A stretch of DNA of 64,000 nucleotides from Phaeosaccion multiseriatum (Eukaryota; Protista; Ochrophyta, other classes): the NCBI GenBank assembly GCA_965112735.1, contig OZ218955.1, positions 2,480,001 to 2,544,000 of the forward strand, in the 5' to 3' direction. Positions within the stretch are counted from its first letter, which is position 1, and every line of letters begins with the position of its first letter. A program made the position numbers and the translations under genes. The notes under the pieces were generated by a model that did no database searches, had not been told where the DNA came from, and worked only from the letters and a program-made list of their open reading frames with translations. Shown here in pieces: positions 51,053-61,638 of this stretch.

Positions 51053-52729
51053 ATGTCGTCCTCCGCCGTCATCGACCAGGTCAGGTTAAGGGGCTGTCTT
51101 CAGCTCTTCCTCTGTCTGTCGTTCTCTCTTTCTCTCTTTCTCTCTCGTTCTCTTCTCCCTCTCTCCCTCTCTCTCTCACCCCCTTTCCCTTTCTCCGTCT
51201 CCCTCCCCCTCAGAGAAACCAGGAAGCAACGTGCTATTGCGGTAACCTGGAGGAGCGGGTGACCGAGGAGCTGCTGTGGGAGCTCATGCTGCAGGCGGGG
51301 CCAGTGGTGAACGTGCACATGCCCAGAGACAAGGTGACGGGCGGGCACCAGGGCTTTGGCTTTGTTGAGTTCCGGACAGAAGATGATGCAGAGTACGCCA
51401 TCAAATGCATGAACATGGTAAAGATGTTCGGCAAGGCGCTGCGAGTCAACAAGTCCAGTCAGGATAGCCGCTCGCAGGATGTGGGCGCCAACCTGTTCCT
51501 GGGGCAACTGGACCCGGACGTGGACGAGAAGCTGCTGTACGACACATTCTCGGCTTTTGGTTTTGTGGTGCAGCAGCCCAAGGTGATGCGGGATCCGGAC
51601 ACGGGCATCAGCCGGGGCTTTGGCTTTGTATCCTACGACAACTTTGAGGCCTCGGACAGGGCTATTGAGCTGATGCATCAGCAGTTCCTGTGCAACAGGT
51701 GAGAGAGAGAGAGGAGAGGGGAGAGGAGGGGAAGGCTGCCGCTGTTTTGCTGTCCATCTTCTTATGCCCATACCCGTCGCATCCCTCTCTCGAGTCTCAA
51801 CGTACTCACCATGGCTTGGTTTCTTTCTTTTCTCTCCTCTCTCTCTGTGTCCCTTTTTCTCTTCTCTCTCTATCTCTCTCTCTGTGTGCAGGCAAATTGT
51901 TGTTCAGTACGCCTACAAGAAGGACACGCACGGACAGCGCCACGGCTCCCAGGCGGAGCGTCTGCTGGCGGCCAACAACCCCAACAAGTTCAAGCCCAAC
52001 ACCAACTTCGCAAGCGGCCCGGGTCTGCAGGGGCAGCTCTCAGCAGGACAGCAGCAGCAGACTGCGCAGCCGCCGCCGCCGCCGCCGATGGGAATGGGCA
52101 TGGGGATGCAGCAGGGAATGCCCCCGCCCCCACCGCCCCCCCCTGCGGGCTATGGCTCCTACCCACTTCCCTCGCAGCTGGGCATCGGCGGCCAGCAGCA
52201 GCAGCAGCAGCAGCAGTATCAGATGCCCCCTCCCCCCCCGCCTCCCCCTCAGAACGCGTTTGCTCCTACTCTCCCTCCCCCACCTCCTCCTCAGCACGGC
52301 TTTGCTCCTCCTCCTCCCCCCTCTTCGTATGGGGGAGGGCCGCCCATGCCCCCCCCGCCTGGGGGATACGGCAACGGCTTCCACCAGGGGCAGGGGCAAG
52401 GGGGGATGGGCTACGGTATGCCTCCTCCCCCTCCACCGTCTGGAAATTACGGCACACTGAGCATGGGAGGAGGAAGAGGAGGAGGAGGAGGAGGAGGAGG
52501 AGGAGGAGGAGGAGGAGCGAACTATGGAGGCATGGGAAGTCAGCCTCCCCCTCCTCCCAGCATGGGAGGGGCACCCCCCCCCCCCCCTACGGGGATGCCT
52601 CCTCCTCCTCCTCCTGGAGGTCCCCCTACGGGGATGCCTCCTCCTCCTCCTCCTGGAGGTGCGCCCCCTCCTCCCCCACCTCCTTCGAACGACGCCCCGC
52701 CACCGCCCCCACCCCCACCGCAGGAGTAG
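51053..52729 (+). CDS. SF3B4: Splicing factor 3B subunit 4 (SAP49), two RRMs plus Pro-rich tail
   Basis: [53 protein letters not shown]...[27 protein letters not shown]...[12 protein letters not shown]. Two introns. Confidence 0.97.
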
Positions 52730-53133
52730 GAAGGATCGTGAGTAAGGAGGAGAGAAGCACCGGTGGAGCTGCTAACTTTTTCTTCCCCGATGAGGTATCT
52801 CTAATATATTCATATCCATCTATGACAACTTGTCCTGTCTATGTGGGTGTAAAGTTTAAACCTGGGGAATGTCCAACCACGCCCTAAACCTCACCAAACG
52901 TACTGTAACTCACATTCGCGCCTCGTCACCATCGTAAGGAGTAAGAATCGCCTTCGCTACGATACCGTGATGACCATGAAAGGCCATCTGCAACAAGCAA
53001 CGCCACCCGTGCGAGGAAGTAGATCGATCGGTGTAGTTGTTTCGTTCGTCCAGCGAGTTGACGAGAGGATGAATTGTCTATATACATGTATGGCGGCCTT
53101 TCTTCGGCCAGCGAGTTTGAGCAGATGGATGGT

Positions 53134-53282
53134 TTGTCTCTATTGACCTTGTTGGTCCAGGCTCAGGAGGCGATTTGTCTCTATTGACCTTGTTGGTCCT
53201 ATTGACCTTGTTGGTCCAGGATGGTTGTCTCTATTGACCTTGTTGGTTCTATTGACCTTATTGGTCCAGGCTCAGGAGGCGC
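53134..53282. repeat. Local tandem re-duplications of the last codons and 3' flank of the HAD gene
   Basis: About 5 copies of ctattgaccttgttggtc and 2 copies of ttggtccaggctcaggaggcg. Confidence 0.85.
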
Positions 53283-55255
53283 TTGAATGCCTCCCTGTCG
53301 AGCAGCGTCACGTCAGCGCTGCTTCTGGCGTGGTCTCTCTCCGCCTCCGTATTGTATCCCCAGTCCACAAGGTAGAGACGGACTTGCTGCAATACCAGAG
53401 AGAGAGAGAGAAAGAGGAAGGGGAAGGCAGCAGAGGGAATGGAGTGTGAGGGAGGACCGAAACGCACACCAAAATGAAAAGTACATGCCCATATGCTAGA
53501 GCCAGACGTATGTACGTACGTACGTACGCACGTAGGCACGCACACAACATCCGCGCCCAAGAGACCCAAGAGAGGAGTGCAGACTGAAGGGTGCGCCATG
53601 GCGGCGCTTCCATACCTTGAGGTCGGCCCTCTTCGTGAAGGGCTCCAGCGCCACATAGCGGTCCTCCACAAAGTGGAACACGAGCTCCTCCTCCTCCTCC
53701 TTCTCCTCCTGCCCCCCCTCCTTCCCCTCCTGCTGCAGCGTGGCAGGGTACTCTTCGATGAGGCCAGCGATGATGTCGGGCTTGCCGAACTTGCCCAGTC
53801 CAAACACCTGCTCGTCCGCAATGTCGATGCCAAAGTGCCGCATCAGCTTCAGCACGAAGCGCGCCTGCTTGGTGGAGACGATCCAAAGATCCAGCCCCCG
53901 TACGCTTGTGCCTGTTGTTGAGCTTGCTGTGACCCCTCTTAGTCGCTGCTCCATGGCCGCCTTGATCTCATCCCCTACTCCCTCGTAAAAGGTGTTGGCG
54001 TTAAGCCAGCTGTCAATATCGTTCTCCATCCAGGCGTCGCGCGTGCTGCCGTACATGTCGATGAGCTCTTCTTTTGTCACGCCAAGCTTGTCCATGACAA
54101 AGCCCCGGGTGGTGGCGTTCCTGCAGTAGCAACAGCAGCACCAGTTGGAGCAGCAGCAGCAGCAGTAGCAGGAGCAGCGGCACATGGGCAACGGGAGAGT
54201 GAGTTGAAAAGCGCCAAAGCAAAGGGTAGCCGTGACTAAAGTTGGCTTGCTCACCAGTTCTGCAGCACGCTGACCAGCGTGGAGTATCTGTCCAAGTCCC
54301 CCTCAGTCACTGCCTCCGCCTCGCCCCCCCCCATGCCCATGCCGGCCCGGAGCTCCTGTGCCAGTCGCTGGGCGGCCTCCTCTGCGCCGCTCCCCTCTGC
54401 CACGGAGCGCTTCACAGCCTCGAAGATGAGCCTCCCCAGGAGGATGTTCTCGTAGCCTGTGTTGTGTGTGCATGCAGCCGGGCGCGAAGAAGCAAAACAC
54501 GCACAACAAAAAATGAGCCTTCAGACACTTGGTGTTGGTCATCCGCTTAAGCAGATCTCTTCTGCCAGAGTTATCAACTCGTCGTCGCTGTTACTGCCTC
54601 GCTCCATACGTACTGGAGACAGACCAGTAGCGACCTGTTCTAGCCCCCACTCACCCGTCTCCACCACGGGCCGCAGCACCAGCATCACCTCCATGTACCA
54701 CGTTGGCGCCTCCTGCTCCCATCCCGTGCCCTGCAGCACCTCCGGGGATATCTTCTGGATGCACCTGTATCCCGCCAGGCTGGTCTCCTTGACGCTGTTG
54801 CAGATGACGCCTATAGGACGTGCCATATCAGAGACGGAGAAGGAGACACAAGGATTGGCGCAGTGGTGCGGCTGCTTCAAGCACAAAGGTGGATACTATG
54901 CCAGTCTTCTAGCGAACACGACTCTGCAGCTGTAGTACCTACCGTCGAAGTCGAGGCAGTACACGTGCCGCTTCTTTGGCGCAGAGTCGTCCGAGCTACT
55001 GCTGCTGCTCATCTGACTGCTCGTAGAGGCCGCCCCCGAGGCAGCACGATGCATGCTTGACTGCCGTTGCTGCAGATTCAGTCCGTACTGCTGGTTGTGC
55101 CGAGCAACCGCAGAGCTCCTCCTGCACAAGTCGGCCCCAGCTGAGGATCCAGCTGAAGGGACAAAGGCCATCCCTCCACGAGGGCGAGACGAAGACGCCA
55201 GGAAAAAAGTGATTCCTGAGATCGACGACGACAGACTCCGTAACAACCGCACCAT
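53258..55255 (-). CDS. HAD-superfamily hydrolase (cyanobacterial/plant At2g45990-like), organelle-targeted
   Basis: Motif I YCLDFDG|VICNS, LRPVVETG|YENILLGR, WLNANTFYEGV, IVSTKQARFV, FHFVEDRYVAL and LYLVDWGYNT, with an N-terminal presequence. Confidence 0.88.
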
Positions 55256-55589
55256 GCTCTGGTGCTCGGTGCACTGTGGATAATATTCTTTCTTCTTGTC
55301 CTTCTGTGTGAATCCTGTGTGGGCGCGCGCCTAAACGTAAAGTTTCAGTTTCTGCATGTCCGCCGAAACGTTAGGGGCACTCACGATCTCTAATTGGGTG
55401 TATGCGCAAAACCCGGATTTTGGAATTTGGAGCGAGTTTTTCGGGCCAAATCGGGTGATTTCGTGTTGTTTTCGGGGGGCCGGAGCGAGGCACGCAGCAA
55501 GAACAGGGGGGGGGGGAGGGGGGGTTGATAAGTAGGCAGACTGGATGGATGAGGAGGGGGGTGCTGCCTACCTACTTACCGTCTGCGCA

Positions 55590-58500
55590 TTAACCCTGCA
55601 GTGGGTGCTCCCTGGCACGGCGGCCTCCTGGGGATGGTTGTGTGGTCTTAGCACGAGGAGAATCGAAATTCTCCTTGTGCTCGTAAAGTGCGCAAGCCAA
55701 GATGGCTCGCGCTGCGGAGGCGTCGCGGTGCTGGTAGCCATTGCACTCGGTGCAGTGGACGATTTTCACGGGGCCGACGTTGCTCAGGATGGCTGAGCAG
55801 GCGGGGACGCAGCATGATGAGGTGGTGTAGCTCTCGTCCTGCCCCAGAAGTACCATCGGGCGCGTGGTTGCCTGTCCCCAGGCGGAGCGGTTGGTGTTGG
55901 CCTGCGGTGGTGGCGGCGGGCGGTGTTGGGTACAGGAGCGGCCAGGCAAGCAAGGGCAAAAGACAGTTGGTGTGGTTGGTTGCTTGTGGGCTGGAGGAGG
56001 AGCAAGGAGTGAGGCAGGCAGGAGCGAGAAGCAATGGCTGGCTGGCCTGAGCCGAGCTGAGGAGTGGCTGAAGCAAGAGCAAGACAAGGGAGCTAGCAGC
56101 TACTCGCAGCTCACCTGCTTGAGGCTCTGCCGCAGCTCGCCCATGCGCAGCATGCTGCGGTAGGGGTTGGTGTTCTTGCCCCTCTTGATGCGGAGCTCCA
56201 CCTCCCCGAGAATAGCCGTGTCAAAGAGGCAGCGCAAGGCCCTCTTGGCGACGTGATTCGCCCGCTTCGAGTTGTGGCGGATGCAACGCCATCGCTCGCG
56301 AATGGCGCGTCGATAGAGGTTCCGCAACTCCTGGTTCTCTGCGGCTTCACCATCCTTCCCCGGTGGGGCGTTGACGTCCATGCTGGACTGCAATCGACGC
56401 TGCTGGTGCGCCTGGCTCGTGAGGGATCGGGCCGCCCACCCTTGGCCGAGGTACCAGTAGCTTTCCCGAGCAGGGTCACAGGCCACCAGCATGGTGTTGA
56501 ACCCGGGATCGAGGGCCCCGACGTAGGCCTGCGTTTTCTCCTTCGTACCGAACAGCTTCTTCCACTTTTTTGCCGGAACACCCTTGCCAAGAGCGTTGCT
56601 ACGACCACCACCCGGGGTAGTGGGGCCCACCACGCGGATGAAATCGCCCATCCGTGAGAACGTCTTGGCCACACTCTCTGCACCCGCGCGCTCGATGCCC
56701 CCCACCCCCATGGCACCCCTGCTTAGATGCCCCTCCCCGTCCTTTGCCGCCACCTGGGAAAAGCGCACCTCCTGCCCTTTGCGCCACTTTCTCCACTCCC
56801 TCCCTCGCCGCCAAACCAGCGACTCCGTCATTTGCAGGGAGCGGAAAACTCGCTGGTCCACTACCCGCTTCACCTCGTCGCCCCCCCTCCCGCAGAGGAG
56901 AATGCACTGCCCGAAGACGGCCACCACGCCCTCCTGAATTTGGCCTGGCAGATCATCCCGCCACCTCTGTTTCCACCCCGTCTCGTCCCCCTCGCCATCA
57001 TCTTCGAGCAGCTTGTTCAACTTCTTGAACCTCTCGTTGCCCCAAGAACCCCCCTCCCCCAGCCAAGAGGCCATGGTGGTGACGGCCTGCTGCGGCTCCG
57101 GCTGCTGCTCCTCCCCCCCCTTCTTCTCCTCGTAGCCCTCATTCTCCTCCTGCTGTCGCCGCTGCTCCTGCGATTCCCGATTCTCCTCTCCATCATCCTG
57201 CCCGTACACGTGCCTCCTCAGCTTGGTGAGGTGACGACTGACCAGAGCTTCATAGAGCCGCTCCAACTGGACCCGGCGCTCGGGCCCGACGTTCTTTGGA
57301 ATGGAATCGAGGCGCTTCCACAGGTTGTCCGCCAGCATCGCCGCCTGCTTCCTGAGCTTGGCACTCTCTTTGTTGGTCCTCCCTTTCCATCCCTTGTCTC
57401 CGGTCGGCTCCTCTCGTTTCTCCAGTCCCTCTACATAAACCCCCCTCCCCTCTGGACCTTGTACGTTCGAAATCTCGAAGGACAAGGACGCCATGAGGGG
57501 CATTCCTGCTGCTCCTGGCGGGGCAGCAGAATCCTCCCCCCGCCGCTCCTCTCCTTGTACTGCTCCTGGCGGGGCAGCAGAATCCTCCCCCCGCCGCTCC
57601 TCTCCTTGTACTGCTCCTGGCGGGGCAGCAGATTCCTCCCCCCGCCGCTCCTCTCCTTGTACTGCTCCTGGCGGGGCAGCAGAATCCCCCCCCCGCCGCT
57701 CCTCTCGTTCCTTCAGCCTCTCCAAATACTCCAGCACATCCACCTCCCTGGGCGTCTTGAGGGTGAGCGTGGACAAGGACATGAACTCGTCAGCCTCCAC
57801 AAACACCTCCACCGGGGGCGTCAGCGTTAACTTGGTTCTTGTTTCTCTGCCATCTCTCTTTCCTCTCTTCAGCACTCCCACCACCACATCCACCTCATGA
57901 ATACGAAGCAGCAGTCGATCCTGCGTTCGATTCTTCACGAGCCAAGGGTACTTCCCTTCGCCCGATTTGACAGCCTCAAACGACTCCCACGATGCGTCCC
58001 CTCCCCCCCCCCGTGGCACAAGGCGTCGCTGGCCGGCGAAGCCCTTGATCTGCTGCTTGGGCACGGGAAGAGACAACGTCTGGAGACGGAAATTGTTCGC
58101 TCGATCTGTCGCCTCCGCCACGAGTCTGGCCCTGTTGGCCTTGGCCTGCTGCCCGAGCGTCAGGCTCTTGAATGCGGCAGGTATTTTGCTACTCAAATGC
58201 AGTCGTTGCAGGCCAGGAGTGGTGGTAGTTGGTGGGTCGAATCGACCTTTACCAGATGTGCCGACGGTGAAGTAGAGGGGAGCTGCCCACTCGAGGCCGA
58301 GCTCCTTCTTCGACTGGCTCTCGAGACGCACGGCTCCTGTGTTTCAGAGCAAAAGGGGGGGGGGGTTAGTCACGCTCAATGTGAAAGAAAAAAAATAGAT
58401 AAGGAGGGGATGCCATGCTCACTCACCCGATCTCCATTTGGCCGCGGGGCTCCCCTCGCCTTGCGTGTTCGTCGTCTCGTCGTCAGTCTCATCGTCTGAG

Positions 58501-61500
58501 CTCGTCGCCCCCCTGCTCGTGTCATAGTCGTCCTCGTTCATGAACCGAGACGGGGTACGCGCCCTAGAGGATGTGCGGAGTTCGACCGGAGGGTTCGCAC
58601 TAGATAAGCTTGTGCCGGGGGGCGCAGGTGCCTCTCCGCTAGGGGAGCTGCCCCTCTGTTGGTTCGCCATCTCCGACTCCACCGCCATGGCAAGCTGCTG
58701 TGCTACGTCCCGCATTTGCTTCACCTCTGCCGCACCGTCCTTTTTGCGTATAATCATGTCCGGCAGAAGGCGAAACAGTACGTTGGCCAGCCCCTCCTCT
58801 CGCTCGCCGCTGGCGTCCACATCCGTGCCGCCGAAGACATGCGATCGCCCCCGCCACATCCCCTCCCTCTCCAGTTCGGGACTCACAATGTCAGAGGGCC
58901 ATTCGTATTCGAGAAGGTCACGTCGCTCCTCAGCCGCCCCCCAACCTCTGGCCCCTGCTCTCTCCGCGTCGTCTGTCTCCAGCTTCCCCTGCGTTGTATT
59001 GCGCGTCACCAGCACGCAGGCCCTCTGCCCGGGTTTCAAGACGCGGCCCCCCAAGTCGGTGGGCTGGGTTGGAACGAGCTCCCAGTCTACCACGGCGTGA
59101 AGACGATTCGTCTTGCCCTTCTTCTCTTCGCCCTCTCCTTCTTCCTCTGATTGCGGGCCCTCTTTGCTCGCCTTCTTGTCGTCGTTCGGGCCTCCGTGAG
59201 TGCTTTGTTGCAAGGCCACTGCAGCTGCAGCTGCATCGGTCCTCGCCGTCTTCCCGCCGCCCCCGTCGAGGTGGATGGCCAACAAGCGTCTATGGACTTC
59301 CTCCTTCATATACGGCGTCCAAGCCTTGACGCCCTGGAGTTGGCAGAAGGCCCCCCAAGCCTCTTCCAACTCCACCTCCTTCCTGTTTTTCTCTGGCGCA
59401 GCAGGAGCAGGAGCAGCAGTTGGTGCTACGGCAGCAGAGGCCCCCCCCACAGCAGCAGCAGCGGCAGCAGTTGGTGCTCCGGTAACAGAGGCCCCACCAG
59501 GAGGGCTTCCAGCATCTCCAGCAGCAGTTGGTGCTACGGCAGCAGAGGCCTCCTCCACAGCAGCAGGAGCGGTAGCAGTAGCAGTTGGTGCTACGGCAGC
59601 AGAGGCCCCCCCCACAGCAGCAGCAGAGGCCCCACCAGGAGGGCTTACAGCAGCTGGTGCTGCAGTAACAGAGCCCTCCTCCTCCGCAGCTCCAGCAGCG
59701 TTCGTCTCGCCCATGCCCATGATACGCGTGGCATCCCGGAGCAGACGAGCGACATTCACCCTTCCTTGACTCGCGGCCAGCAATAGCGTGGCGGCGTTGC
59801 AAAACTCAAGAAAGAGTGACCGAAAGACCGAGGGCAGCAGGTCTTTCACCGATTGTTCTTCCTCCTCCTCCTCCTCCTCCTCCTTCTCCTCCTTCTCCTC
59901 CTCCTTCTCCTCCTTCCTCTCCTCCTCCTTCTTCTCCTCCTTCTCCTCCTCCTCCTCCTCCTCCTCCTCCTCTCCCACAGAACGACGCTGGTACTGTCGA
60001 AGGATGCCGACTTGCCGTGTCGACAATACAATCTCCCGGGCCCCCCGTTGCTCTTGGAGCTCCTCGTCCGCGTCTGTCTCCATTCCGCCTGACATTGCCT
60101 CCGTGATGTAGGCGAAAGCACGGAGTGAGCCGACGCCCGCGACTTTAGCCGAGTGCTGGCGCCCAAGGGTTCTGGCCACGAAGGGGAAAAGCTCCTTTAC
60201 GATGAACTCCATACCTGCCTCGGCCTCAAAGCGGGCGTCGGCCAGCTTTGAGGAGTAGCGAATGACGGCCTCCTCGGTTCTCTGCTGCGTGTCTGAGCCG
60301 GGATTGGGCTTCAGCCTGACGGCCCTCGAACTGTACGGTTGTCCCGCACGAGACTTCTTGGCGTTCCTTCTGTTCCATGTGGCCGTTGCGGTGCTCTTAG
60401 CACCCATCCTTGAGTCCTCTATCCTCTTTGCCTCCTTGCCCCCTTCCTCCGCCGCTTCCTCCGCCGCTTCCTCTGGCTCTTCCGCTTCCTCCGCCGCTTC
60501 CTCCGCCGCTTCCTCTGCTCCTTCCCGGGATCCATCGCCAAGGGGCTGATAGGGGTTGTCATTTGTGATACCCCTATCTGCAACACCTCTCTGATCAGCT
60601 TCAGCCTTAGCTTCTGACCACAGAGCCGGGAAACTTGGAGTACGAGGAGGCGGCTGCTGCCCTTCGGGCAGCAGCGCGCCCATGCTGCGCCCCTTGGGCT
60701 TGCGCCGTAGCTTGCCGAACGGCACCAGCTCCACTACTGAAGTAGGCTCCAGACGCCTGAGACGCAGACTCCATGGGCGCGACTGCTTGCCTTCCTCCCC
60801 CTTAACCCTACGCTTCAAGTCTGTAAGCAGTTGTCGTCTTGCTGTTTCGTCCAGTCCACTGGCCGTCGCCAAATCTTTGATGACGACACCAGTATCCTCC
60901 TCCCCCCCCTTGACGCGAGGCAACATGATGCTCCAATCCCTCTTGTTCGCCAATCGCCTCTGGTCCCTCGTCCTTCTTCGGGCGGCGTCAAAGCTGGTGG
61001 CAGGTAGGTCAGCCTGTTCACATCGCAACTGAGCGGAAGGCCGCGCCCAAGCTTTTGACCCCGAAAAGTCAACGAATCGGGTGGCCAAGGACGCTAAATG
61101 CTCTCGCCGGACCCACTCCTTGCATTCACCCACGGGGTAGAATTTGGGCTCATCCTTCTCCTGGAGAGACAAGCAAGGGGAGCTGAGTGAGAACATTGAC
61201 ATGGGAGAGCGAGGGTAAAGAACGATCATGTCTGACTCACTGACTCACTGACTATCTCACCTTGATGCTCGTCTTGTCGCCCTCGCCCATCATCGCCACA
61301 TTGAATCTGACGCCCTCCTTCTTGGTGGTCCTCTTGACCAACACCAGGCGGCCAGTCCCCGTGGCCGTGAAATTCCGCTGGTAGTTGTCAGAATTCCCCC
61401 CCTCGTCCCGGCAGGCGCCGACCTTCGCGCCTCGGATGACGGCTTTCCCAAGGCCTCGAATGTGGCCGGCCGCGTCATAGTTATCCATGCCCGTGATCTT

Positions 61501-61583
61501 GGCCGTGGAATGAGGCTTCGACTCCGTTTCCCCTTCCCTCTGGCACCTGATCACCTTGATCACCTCCGACGCCGCCGGGGCAG

Positions 61584-61638
<55 letters not shown>

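Noticed and set aside
53134-53282. Short repeats about 2.3 kb from the Fanzor stop as a possible guide array
   Set aside because: The spacing is irregular, the intervening pieces are themselves copies of the HAD gene end, and a whole gene separates them from the nuclease.
55590-58331. Interpretation as bacterial contamination (IS200/IS605/IS607 TnpB or Cas12) or as a pseudogene
   Set aside because: The ORF breaks coincide exactly with canonical phase-matched spliceosomal introns, and no CRISPR array, cas gene or tnpA is visible.
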